64,000 bases of DNA from positions 277,170-341,169 of the forward strand of contig JAZJZE010000005.1 in NCBI GenBank assembly GCA_040390065.1, in the 5' to 3' direction. This stretch comes from a bacterium. GTDB taxonomy: Archaea; Thermoplasmatota; E2; JACPAO01; JAHFTW01. Under the pieces are notes generated by a model, which did no database searches, was not told the DNA's origin, and saw nothing but the letters and a program-made list of their open reading frames with translations. The position numbers were made by a program, and so were the translations under genes. Shown piece after piece: positions 36,040-44,609 of the stretch (position 1 is its first letter; the number at the start of each line of letters is the position of its first letter).

Positions 36040-36429
36040 GTGGCGCTCGACTGGAAGGCCATCGTCCTCGTCGCCGCCGGCGCCATCGTCGGCGCCTTGC
36101 TGCGCTTCGGCGTCTCCGCTCTCGTGCCAAGCAAGACGTTCCCGTTTGCGACGTTTCCGTGGGCCACGCTGGCCGTCAATCTGGCCGGCGCCTTCGCGAT
36201 TGGTCTGCTCGTGCTTCCCTCCGGCGTCGACCACGACGTGAAGATGCTCGTTGTCGTCGGCTTCCTGGGAGCGTTCACCACGCTCAGCACGTATTCCGTC
36301 GAAACCGTCGACCTGTGGCGCACGTCTCACCGCGACCTCGCCGTGGCAAACATGCTGGCAAACGGCCTTGGCGGACCGCTCATGGCCGTCGCCGGATGGA
36401 AGGTCGCCGTCGCGTTCGGGGCTGCCTAG
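36040..36429 (+). CDS. crcB: Fluoride efflux channel CrcB/FluC
   Basis: GAIVGALLRF, FPWATLAVNLAG, GFLGAFTTLSTY. Confidence 0.9.
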   Translation: MALDWKAIVLVAAGAIVGALLRFGVSALVPSKTFPFATFPWATLAVNLAGAFAIGLLVLPSGVDHDVKMLVVVGFLGAFTTLSTYSVETVDLWRTSHRDLAVANMLANGLGGPLMAVAGWKVAVAFGAA

Positions 36430-36567
36430 AAACCGAACAGCCCCTTCTACCCCGCGACCTTCAAACGAAGGTCGATCACGTTGCGTCGTGGGGCCTCATT
36501 CCATGTCGGCCCCACATAGCCGTCCCCTGGGGGCCGCCTAGAAACCGAACAGCCCCTTCTGGCCCGC
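36418..36567 (+). mobile_element. 74-bp hairpin core flanked by a 38-bp duplication of the crcB/rfcL stop region; homologous to the 19.6-kb repeat
   Basis: GGGGC(T/C)GCCTAGAAACCGAACAGCCCCTTCT..CCCGC at 36418-36455 and 36530-36567; core GCGACCT..AGGTCGATCA..GTGGGGCC..GGCCCCACA.AG..TGGGGG. Mobility is inferred. Confidence 0.65.
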
Positions 36568-38007
36568 TTTCGGCGTCGGCTTCTTCGGCTTGTCGTCCAC
36601 GGCGGCCGGTTCGTCATCGTCGTCAACCTCTGCGACGGCTTTCGGGGCCGGCTTGCCGGTGGGCTCGGCGGCCTCCACGGCGGCGCGAATGTCCTTCACG
36701 GCCTTGCCCGTGGCATCGGGTCCGAGCAGCAGCACGACCTCCTCGTCGGCGAGTTCCAGGACGCGCGTCTGTTCGACGGCGAATTCGCGGTCCGTGCGAA
36801 ACAGCAGAGCGAAGGGTTCGACTTGTTCGGCGCGCGCCTTGCGCTTGCCTTGGTGGGTCGCGCGGCCCAAGTGCAGGGCCAGTTCATCTTTCGTGCCGCG
36901 CAGTCCCTTCGTGCGGCCCATGCGCGAAAGCCACTGGGGAAACCCGTACGGCGAATACTCGTGGTACTCCTTCGTGCGCGCCGTCATGACGCCAAGGGTC
37001 GCAAGCTCCCCGGCATACGACCACAAGCCGTAGTCCTGCGTCGAACGCGTGCGGCCGAGGAACATGTCGGCGCGCGACAGGCGCTCGTAGCCCGCGACGA
37101 GGTCGGCCGGATCCTTGTACTCGCGCGGCAGGTTCTCGTCGATCCACAACACCAGGTCCTCGGGCGTCGCGTCGACGTCGTAGATCTCCTTCTTGACGTC
37201 CTCGAGCTTGCGGCCTTTCAGCACGTGGCGCACGAGGTCGAAGAGCGTCGACGTCGTGTCGCGGCTGCCGAGGCTCTGCGCTTCCTTGAGGGTCACGTGC
37301 TTGCGGCCGACGCACAGCGATTCGAGGTCGCGCACGGCGGCGCGCAGGTCGCCTTCGGCGCGCACTGCGATGGCTTCGAGGACTTCCTTGTCCACGAGGA
37401 CGCCCTCTTCGTGGGCGATGCGGGCAAGCGCGTTCGGGATGGAGCGCACGTTGACGCGGGTGAACTTCAGCACCTCCGTCAGAGACTTCAGGGCCGCGCC
37501 GGACCCTTTCTCGAGGGCGTACAAGTCGTTCACGATGAGGATGATGGGCTGGCGCGTCTGGCGGATGGTGTCGATGATGGCGCCCTTGCCACCCTTGTCA
37601 GAGAGGTCGTTGCCCGCAGCATCGGATCCCTCGGCGCCGGCGCGCTCGTACAGGCTGTCGGCTTCGTCGAGGATGATGAGTTTGCGCCCGCCCTCCGACG
37701 AGGTGTGGAACGAGCCGTCAGAGGCAAACGTCTGGTGCACGGCTCCCGCGGTCGCGACCTTCTGGATCGTAGAGGCGTTGCGGGCGTCGGAGGCGTTCAA
37801 CTCGATGACGCTCCATCCCATGTCGTTGGCGAGCGCGAGCGCCGTCGACGTCTTCCCGGTCCCCGGCGGACCCGCAAGCACGACGGCGCGGCGGTCGGGC
37901 ATGCCGTCCTTCCACGCATCCGCCCACTGCCGGAGCCGCGACAGCGATGGACTGTTCCCGACCACCTGCGCGAGGGTGCGCGGGCGATGCGACTCGGTCC
38001 AGTCCAC
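36538..38007 (-). CDS. rfcL: Replication factor C large subunit
   Basis: WTESHRP, GPPGTGKTS, IELNASDAR, ILDEAD, GDLRAA; C-terminal PIP-like QKGLFGF. Confidence 0.95.
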   Translation of the reverse strand: MDWTESHRPRTLAQVVGNSPSLSRLRQWADAWKDGMPDRRAVVLAGPPGTGKTSTALALANDMGWSVIELNASDARNASTIQKVATAGAVHQTFASDGSFHTSSEGGRKLIILDEADSLYERAGAEGSDAAGNDLSDKGGKGAIIDTIRQTRQPIILIVNDLYALEKGSGAALKSLTEVLKFTRVNVRSIPNALARIAHEEGVLVDKEVLEAIAVRAEGDLRAAVRDLESLCVGRKHVTLKEAQSLGSRDTTSTLFDLVRHVLKGRKLEDVKKEIYDVDATPEDLVLWIDENLPREYKDPADLVAGYERLSRADMFLGRTRSTQDYGLWSYAGELATLGVMTARTKEYHEYSPYGFPQWLSRMGRTKGLRGTKDELALHLGRATHQGKRKARAEQVEPFALLFRTDREFAVEQTRVLELADEEVVLLLGPDATGKAVKDIRAAVEAAEPTGKPAPKAVAEVDDDDEPAAVDDKPKKPTPKAGQKGLFGF

Positions 38008-38097
38008 GAAGGGCGGGACCGGTTGGCGGGATAAGAGGAAGGCGGGGGGGCGGGCGGACGCCGGTGTCGATTCGCTTCCTGGGGCCGACGACCGCCT

Positions 38098-39537
38098 CTA
38101 CGTGGCGTACATCATTTCGATCGGCACGTTCCACATGGCCCCGCTGCCTGGCCAGTCCGCGTTCCAGGACATCCACGGCCCACCGAGCGCCGCTTCCCTG
38201 AGGATGACCTCGACGCCACGGGACCTCTCGGGGTCCGGATCTCCTGCGGGCGCGGGCATCACCAAGGGCGCGACGGCGGGTGCGGGGCACGTCTCCTCGG
38301 TGAAACGATTGTGTTGGCCTGATGCGTACGCACTGTACAGCGTCACCTCGACGTGCTGGGCCGTGTGGCCGGCGACTCGCTCGAAGGCGGCTTCGTACGG
38401 TTTCCAATCCGCGACGCGCACGGCAGGACGCGCCCACTCCGGGGCCGCATGCTCGTCGTAGAAGTATCCCTCGCAGGCGCAAAGGAACGAGCCGGCCCCT
38501 TCGCCCGAGTCAAGACGGTCGCAGGTCTCTTCGATTCCATCCGTTGCCCCCGGCGCGACGAAGTCGAGCACCCACCTCGTCCCGTACGGGCCATCGACCC
38601 AATCGGTGCGGGCAGACTGCAGGTAGTAGTCGGGGTGTTTCAGTTCGAACGCCTGCAGGCCCAACAGCAACGGGTCGGTGCGCACCTGCTTGACCAGCGC
38701 CGCAAGCGAGAAACCCAGTGGCGGGTCCGACTCAGGCCCCCACCGCGTCCACGCGGTCGTCGACAAAGGGTGGGTCAGGCCGGCGGCGGGGCATTCCGGA
38801 GCAACCCCGTCGTTGGTCCACGATTGCAGGTCAAGGGTCTCCCCAGGCAGCGCCCCTGTCACGCCGGCGTGCGACGGAAACGGCATGCCGGATTGCCAGA
38901 CGAGCGTGTAGGAACCGCGCCACGTCTCCGCGGACTCGTCTTTTTCACGGGAGGCGTTCCACCGCGCCAAGTAGTGGTCGGCAACGGCCGCCACGTGAAG
39001 GAAGCCGATGCCGCGCTCCAGAACGGTCTGCGCGGATGCGGGGACGAGGCCGCCGCCGGGTGCGGGATGCGTCGGAAGCTCCGACGTCTGCATGGCAAGG
39101 ATGGTCTCGGACATACCGGGCCCCAGCCAATCGGGCCGTGACGTGCCATCGAGGTGCTTCACGACCCCGACCAGCCAAACGTCGTGTTGGACGGCATGCA
39201 GGAGGGAACCGTCGTTGTCGTAATGGCTCCAGAGAGGCGTTCCGCAGTCGTCCACGGCCACGGCGACATGGACCGTCGTGCGGACGACCTCCGCTGCAAC
39301 GACTTGGCCGAATTGGTTCCAGACCCGGTGCGGCTCGAATGTCCAGTTCTCTTCCACCGGCTGAAGGGACGTTGCGCCCTGCGCATGTTGGTAGCTGGCG
39401 GTCGCCCGGTCATTGCGGTCAAGCAGCCTCGGCTCGCCGCTCGCCTGCAACGGGGCCTCGGATGGATGCACCGGCCCGCCGCACCCCGATACCAACACCA
39501 CGACGACAACGCCGAATGCCCACCAGCCCACACGCAT
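38098..39537 (-). CDS. Hypothetical lipoprotein
   Basis: VLVSGC lipobox; no recognised domain. Confidence 0.6.
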   Translation of the reverse strand: MRVGWWAFGVVVVVLVSGCGGPVHPSEAPLQASGEPRLLDRNDRATASYQHAQGATSLQPVEENWTFEPHRVWNQFGQVVAAEVVRTTVHVAVAVDDCGTPLWSHYDNDGSLLHAVQHDVWLVGVVKHLDGTSRPDWLGPGMSETILAMQTSELPTHPAPGGGLVPASAQTVLERGIGFLHVAAVADHYLARWNASREKDESAETWRGSYTLVWQSGMPFPSHAGVTGALPGETLDLQSWTNDGVAPECPAAGLTHPLSTTAWTRWGPESDPPLGFSLAALVKQVRTDPLLLGLQAFELKHPDYYLQSARTDWVDGPYGTRWVLDFVAPGATDGIEETCDRLDSGEGAGSFLCACEGYFYDEHAAPEWARPAVRVADWKPYEAAFERVAGHTAQHVEVTLYSAYASGQHNRFTEETCPAPAVAPLVMPAPAGDPDPERSRGVEVILREAALGGPWMSWNADWPGSGAMWNVPIEMMYAT

Positions 39538-39596
39538 GGCCGCGTACGGGGCCGGACCCGGGATAATGCCTGCGGTGAGCTCGCTCAAGCGTTCGG

Positions 39597-40958
39597 CTAT
39601 TTCTTCACCAGTTTGGCGCACTCGCTGGCCGCGACAATCAACGGGTCATAGACAGGCGAGAAGTGGGGCGCGTACGCCGTCTCGATCTCTGCGAGCTTGT
39701 GCACCTTCATTCCGGCTTGCACGGCAACGGCGGCCGCGTTGATGCGCAGCGCCGCTTCGGAGGGGCACGCGATCTGGACGCCGAGGAGTTTTCCCGAGCC
39801 GCGTTCCGCGAGGACCTTGACGGCCATGTCGGCGGCGCCGGGCATGTAGTTGGCCTTGTCCTTGCTCTCGATGAGGGCGGCGACGGCGTCGATGCCTTCC
39901 TCCTTGGCCTGCGTCTGCGTGATGCCGGTCTGCGCGAAGGCCAGGCCAAAGAGGTGCGTGATCGCCGTGCCGAGCACGCCGGGGAAGTACATGCAAGGGC
40001 CTGGGATCTTCTCTGTGCTGGCGCCGATGGCGTCGCCGGCGACGCGTCCCATGTGGTTCGACGGCAAGGCAAACGGCATGGCCGTCGGGCGACCCGTGAT
40101 GAGGTGCCGCGCAGCCACACAATCGCCGGCGGCCCAGACGTCGTGGTAGTTCGTGTGCATGTTGTCGTCGACGAGGATGTGGCCCTCCTTCGTCGTGGTG
40201 ACGCCGGACTTGACTGCGAATTCGGTGGCGGGCTGGACGCCCACCGCGACGATGGCGGCGTCCGCGGCGACGTCTTTCTTCGCCTCGACGGAGCCGAGGT
40301 GGCCCTCCTTCTTCCCAGCGGAAAAGCCCTTCACGCCGGCTTCCAGGTGAACGGTGATGCCCGCGTTCTCCAGCCACTCGGTGAGGCCGTCGGTGATGTC
40401 GGCGTCCATTGCGGTCAACAGGCGCTTGCCCCTTGTCAGGAGATGGACGTTGGCGCCTCGCGCCTTGAACGCGGCAGCCATCTCGAGGCCGAGGTAGCCG
40501 CCGCCCACGACAGCGACGTTCTTGGCGCCCTTCGTGCCGTCCACGAGGCGAGCCGCATCGTCGAGTCGGCGAACCGCGTAGACGCCGCCGAGGTCGCCGC
40601 CCTTGAACGGGTTCTTCGGCGTTGTCCCGGTCGCGATGAGGAGTTTGTCGTAGTGCGACGAGTCCCGGCCCTTGGCGCCCTGGAAGACGACTTCCTTCGT
40701 GTAGGCGTTGAAGCTGATGACGCGGCACTGGGTCCGGACGGTGATGCCGCGTTTCTTGGCGTCCTCGGTGGAAAGCACGCGCAACTGCTCAATGTCGGGC
40801 ACGACGCCTTCGACGAGGTAGGGCGCGCCGCAGACGGAGTACGAGATGTCCGGGCCGGCCTCGAGGACTTCGACTTCCAGTTCGGGCGCGCGGCGCTTGG
40901 CCTTCGACGCGGCGCTCATGCCGGCGGCGTTGCCCCCGATGACGACGAGGCGGGTCAT
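39597..40958 (-). CDS. CoA-disulfide reductase / NADH oxidase family flavoprotein
   Basis: GGNAAGMSAA, SYSVCGAPY redox Cys, GGGYLGLE, WAAGDC, YAPHFSPVYDP. Confidence 0.9.
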   Translation of the reverse strand: MTRLVVIGGNAAGMSAASKAKRRAPELEVEVLEAGPDISYSVCGAPYLVEGVVPDIEQLRVLSTEDAKKRGITVRTQCRVISFNAYTKEVVFQGAKGRDSSHYDKLLIATGTTPKNPFKGGDLGGVYAVRRLDDAARLVDGTKGAKNVAVVGGGYLGLEMAAAFKARGANVHLLTRGKRLLTAMDADITDGLTEWLENAGITVHLEAGVKGFSAGKKEGHLGSVEAKKDVAADAAIVAVGVQPATEFAVKSGVTTTKEGHILVDDNMHTNYHDVWAAGDCVAARHLITGRPTAMPFALPSNHMGRVAGDAIGASTEKIPGPCMYFPGVLGTAITHLFGLAFAQTGITQTQAKEEGIDAVAALIESKDKANYMPGAADMAVKVLAERGSGKLLGVQIACPSEAALRINAAAVAVQAGMKVHKLAEIETAYAPHFSPVYDPLIVAASECAKLVKK

Positions 40959-40986
40959 GGCCTGGTCCGGACGGCGGGTCCTGGGC

Positions 40987-41490
40987 TTAAGGTCGGCGCT
41001 TGCCGGCCGGCGGGGCGCATTCGACGAGCCCGTCGAGGCAGCTCTCGGGTCGGGCCTCGCCGAGGATGAACTGCTCGCGGATGACGCGCAGGCTCTCGCG
41101 CTGCCCCGGCCACGGGTACCGTTTCTGCGCCTCGTCGGGCGAAACCCACAGGAATTCCGTATGCTCGTCGGACAGCGCGACCGCGGCGTCCCCGGCGACT
41201 TCGGCGGCAAAGACCGGCGTCAAGATGATCTGGTCCGTCGCGGCGAGGTAGAAGCGGTTCACGAACGACGCCTGGTAGAAGTGCAGCGGACGAAGGCCCG
41301 TCTCCTCGAACAACTCGCGCGCGGCCGCCGCGTATGCCTTCTCGCCTTCCTCGATCGTGCCGGAGACCATCTGCCACGTCCCGGCAAGCCGGATGTGCGG
41401 GGCGCGCTTGAGGACGAGCCACTCCTCCTCCCCGGCGCCGCGGCGGAAGATATGCACGTCGACGAAGCACGCAGCGATTTCCGGCAACAT
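40987..41490 (-). CDS. Nudix hydrolase (NudB-like)
   Basis: WQMVSG.IEEGE...AAARELFEETGL Nudix box; LSDEH. Confidence 0.85.
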   Translation of the reverse strand: MLPEIAACFVDVHIFRRGAGEEEWLVLKRAPHIRLAGTWQMVSGTIEEGEKAYAAAARELFEETGLRPLHFYQASFVNRFYLAATDQIILTPVFAAEVAGDAAVALSDEHTEFLWVSPDEAQKRYPWPGQRESLRVIREQFILGEARPESCLDGLVECAPPAGKRRP

Positions 41491-41511
41491 CCGGGCCAAG
41501 ATGATAGCGGC

Positions 41512-42654
41512 TCATGGCGTTTGCGGGCAGCCCCGCAGTCGGCGGCTCCGGACGAACGCAAGCGCCGCGAGAAGGGCGGGCACGGCAGCGGCCGCGTCGG
41601 GCGTTGACCTGGCTGGAGATGCGAGGCCGCCGCTTGACGCGCCGTTGGCCTTGTTGCCCGACGGCTGGCCCTTCCCCGGCGTCCCGTTCGACGTCGCTGG
41701 AGGCGGGTTTGATGACATCGCCGAGGGTTGGGGGCCGGCAGGGCTCGGGCCGGTGGCGCATGGATAGAGGAAGTCGCGGCCACCCACATCGTCGTTGGTC
41801 AGGTTGGCATGGACACGTTCCGGGGCTTCCGAATTCATCAGGGTCGCGGCGGCTGGCGCGGACAGGTGCAAGCCGGCGGCGGGATCCTGGCAGTCGATGG
41901 CCAGGACGTCGGTCGGGTCACCGTCATTGTCGAAGTTGCGGTCAGGAAACCGGTTCGGGTGGTCGAGGCCCAGGCCGTGACCCGCCTCGTGCGTCACCAG
42001 CGACGCGTAATGGTTGCAGTTGCCCGCCGCCAGCGCCGCGGCCAAGACGAAGCACATTGGGCTGCGTGTACTAAACACAATGTCGACGGCTGCCAGGCGT
42101 TCCCCCTTGCCCGTCGCCCCATTGGTAAGGACCGGCGACGCGGCCTCCGGGAAGTAAGCCGTAAACGCGCCGAAGGATGCCAGGGCCGGATACTGCGCCG
42201 GGTCCATCGCGAAAAGGTCGAACTCGGCTCCACCGAGGGACGTCGTGTCGTTCGGAAGGGCCGGAGGCAGGGATGTGCTGACGTCCGTGAAGTGGAGAGC
42301 GGATTGGCCCTGCGACCAGACATTGAGGGCTTGCTCGGTTGCGCTGCGCAGCTGGTCACACGTGAGCTCCGGCTCCAACGTGAAGCGGGGCAGCAAATTG
42401 GCGCAGAAATCCGGGGCGATGGAATACTCCAGGCCGCCGCCAAGTCCACGCTGGCCGGATGCCGTGAGAGCGCCTGTGGCGGCACTCCAGCGCAGGGGCG
42501 ACTGGATATCATCAGAGGGGTCGTTGGGGGTGCCATTCGTCGCGGTCGAGCTGAGGACAAAACCCGACGCCAATGGCAGGGCGCTCAAGCTCAACGAGAC
42601 CACGACGACCCATCCGGCCGCCACATGGGCCGGCCTTGCCGGGCGGACTGCCAT
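41512..42654 (-). CDS. Matrixin-like (metzincin) metalloprotease with C-terminal membrane anchor
   Basis: HEAGHGLGLDH, Met-turn TLMN, signal peptide, STPD-TM-RSRR tail. Confidence 0.8.
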   Translation of the reverse strand: MAVRPARPAHVAAGWVVVVSLSLSALPLASGFVLSSTATNGTPNDPSDDIQSPLRWSAATGALTASGQRGLGGGLEYSIAPDFCANLLPRFTLEPELTCDQLRSATEQALNVWSQGQSALHFTDVSTSLPPALPNDTTSLGGAEFDLFAMDPAQYPALASFGAFTAYFPEAASPVLTNGATGKGERLAAVDIVFSTRSPMCFVLAAALAAGNCNHYASLVTHEAGHGLGLDHPNRFPDRNFDNDGDPTDVLAIDCQDPAAGLHLSAPAAATLMNSEAPERVHANLTNDDVGGRDFLYPCATGPSPAGPQPSAMSSNPPPATSNGTPGKGQPSGNKANGASSGGLASPARSTPDAAAAVPALLAALAFVRSRRLRGCPQTP

Positions 42655-42762
42655 TTCCCCTGCCGTGGCCGGGAGGGTTGGCCGCCGGGCCGCGCGCTGC
42701 AACGCTTTGCAGATCGGTCGCACCTTGGCCGCAGATTGCATGCCGGCCGATGCGCTGCCGGA

Positions 42763-43836
42763 CTACTTCAGCATCCCGGCCAGGCGCTCCAGCGCTTCCT
42801 TGCAATCCGCCCGACTCACGTTGCGGTGCGTCACGAAGCGCACGGTCGGCCCCGCATCGCGAAAATTCCCCAAGACGCCCACCTTGCGCGAGGCCTCCAA
42901 AAACGCCGCGGCCGTCATCTTCGTCCCGGAAATGTCGGCCATCACCATGTTCGTCTCAACGGTCTTGAGGTCGACCTTGACGCCGGGCAGGTTCGCCAAC
43001 CCCTTCGCCAGGAACTTGGCGTTGGCGTGGTCGTCGGCGAGGCGCTCGATGCCCGTGTCGAGGGCAACGATGCCGGCTGCTGCGAGGTGGCCGGCTTGCC
43101 GCATGCCACCGCCGAGGACCTTCCGAGCCGTATGCGCCTTGTGGATGAACTCCGTGCTGCCGCACACGAGGGAACCCACGGGCGCCGAGAGGCCCTTGGA
43201 CAAACAGAACATGACGGAGTCTGAGCCCTTCGTGAGTTTGGCCGCGGTCGTCTTGCGTGCAATCGCGGCGTCGAAGATGCGCGCGCCGTCGACGTGCAGC
43301 ATGGCACCCTTGTCGTGGGCCAAGTCGGCGATGGCCTTCGTCTGCGCCGCCGACCACGTGCGGCCGCCGGCGTAGTTGTGCGTGTTCTCGATGGCCACGA
43401 GTTTCACTGGCGAAAAGTGCGCGTCGTCGGGCGGGAACAGGTGGGCCACATCCTTCGGCCCAAACGTGCCATCGGCGGACCTGAACGTGCGCAATGTGAC
43501 GTTGGAAAGAAGGCTTGACGCGCCGCCCTCGTACAGCGCCAAGTGGCAGTTCTCCTCGCAGACCATCGATCCCGTACGGCCTGAGTGGACCCAGACGGAG
43601 ACCTGGTTGCCCATCGTTCCAGTCGGGACGAACAGGGCGGCCTCCGTGCCAAGCAGACGGGCGGCCTTGTCCTGCAACCGGTTGACGGTCGGATCCTCGC
43701 CGTACACATCGTCACCGACGTCGGCATCCGCCATTGCCTTGCGCATCGCCGCCGTCGGCTGCGTGATGGTGTCACTGCGGAAGTCGATGATGCGCGGGGC
43801 TGCCAGCCTTGCCACGCTGGTGGACGGCACGATCAC
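42763..43836 (-). CDS. ltaE: Low-specificity L-threonine aldolase
   Basis: [44 protein letters not shown]. Confidence 0.92.
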   Translation of the reverse strand: MIVPSTSVARLAAPRIIDFRSDTITQPTAAMRKAMADADVGDDVYGEDPTVNRLQDKAARLLGTEAALFVPTGTMGNQVSVWVHSGRTGSMVCEENCHLALYEGGASSLLSNVTLRTFRSADGTFGPKDVAHLFPPDDAHFSPVKLVAIENTHNYAGGRTWSAAQTKAIADLAHDKGAMLHVDGARIFDAAIARKTTAAKLTKGSDSVMFCLSKGLSAPVGSLVCGSTEFIHKAHTARKVLGGGMRQAGHLAAAGIVALDTGIERLADDHANAKFLAKGLANLPGVKVDLKTVETNMVMADISGTKMTAAAFLEASRKVGVLGNFRDAGPTVRFVTHRNVSRADCKEALERLAGMLK

Positions 43837-43863
43837 GGCGATAAGGCTGGCGGGCCGCGCGGG

Positions 43864-44217
43864 CTACTGCGGAGGCTTGCCATCTCCCAGATCGCGGGGT
43901 CTCTTCGGATCCGGCCCGTCGAGGTCGGGATCGTAGGCCCATGGGTCGGCGACCCGGTGCAGCCGCCAGCCGAAATAGGCCCAAGCGACCAGAGACGCGC
44001 CGAGCGCTGCGACCGCGACGACAATGATGCCCGCCTGGATGTTGGCGAGGTCGATGGACAAGTTCCCAATCTGCACGCCGCGCATGGGCACGCGGGCGAC
44101 CGTGAAGCCGACGCCGAAGATGAGAAGGGCCACGAAGGCGACGAGGAGGACTGTCCGAGAACGGTCGCGGGCGCGCCGCAGCCGATGGATCAACGCCTCG
44201 TCGCGCACGATGGGCAA
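43864..44217 (-). CDS. Small two-TM membrane protein
   Basis: Two hydrophobic helices and a [12 protein letters not shown] tail. Confidence 0.6.
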   Translation of the reverse strand: MPIVRDEALIHRLRRARDRSRTVLLVAFVALLIFGVGFTVARVPMRGVQIGNLSIDLANIQAGIIVVAVAALGASLVAWAYFGWRLHRVADPWAYDPDLDGPDPKRPRDLGDGKPPQ

Positions 44218-44245
44218 CCTGTAGCGGCGTTCCTAAGCCTGCCCA

Positions 44246-44374
44246 TCACATGTCGAGGAGAATGATCTCCTCTTCGGGGCGGTGCATGGCCCGCAGCTTC
44301 TGGAGCCATTCCTGCAAGGCGGGGTCGCGCAGGTCTGCCCGTGCGTTCTTGGCCTCTTCGTGTTGAATGCTCAT
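44246..44374 (-). CDS. 42-aa microprotein (paralog of 44421-44564)
   Basis: Hand translation MSIQHEEAKNARADLRDPALQEWLQKLRAMHRPEEEIILLDM*; TTCAAG box 22 nt upstream. Confidence 0.6.
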   Translation of the reverse strand: MSIQHEEAKNARADLRDPALQEWLQKLRAMHRPEEEIILLDM

Positions 44375-44420
44375 GGGGTTGCCTCGTTTCTCCCTGCTTG
44401 AATCCATTGTGGTGCAAACA

Positions 44421-44564
44421 CTACAGTTCGAACAGGACCGGCTCGGGGTCCGCCGCGTCGGCGTCCTTCAGGTGGCCAAGCCATGCCTCTAGGTCCTGGT
44501 CGAGTCGGTAGGAGGCGAATTTCTCCTTCGACCCTTCATGGTGGGCGTGTGGTGCGCGGGCCAT
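44421..44564 (-). CDS. 47-aa microprotein (paralog of 44246-44374)
   Basis: Hand translation MARAPHAHHEGSKEKFASYRLDQDLEAWLGHLKDADAADPEPVLFEL*; TTTAGA box 21 nt upstream. Confidence 0.6.
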   Translation of the reverse strand: MARAPHAHHEGSKEKFASYRLDQDLEAWLGHLKDADAADPEPVLFEL

Positions 44565-44609
44565 ACCCTTTCGTCCGGTCCCGGTTCTAAAGCCTGTTTC
44601 GGCGCAGGG

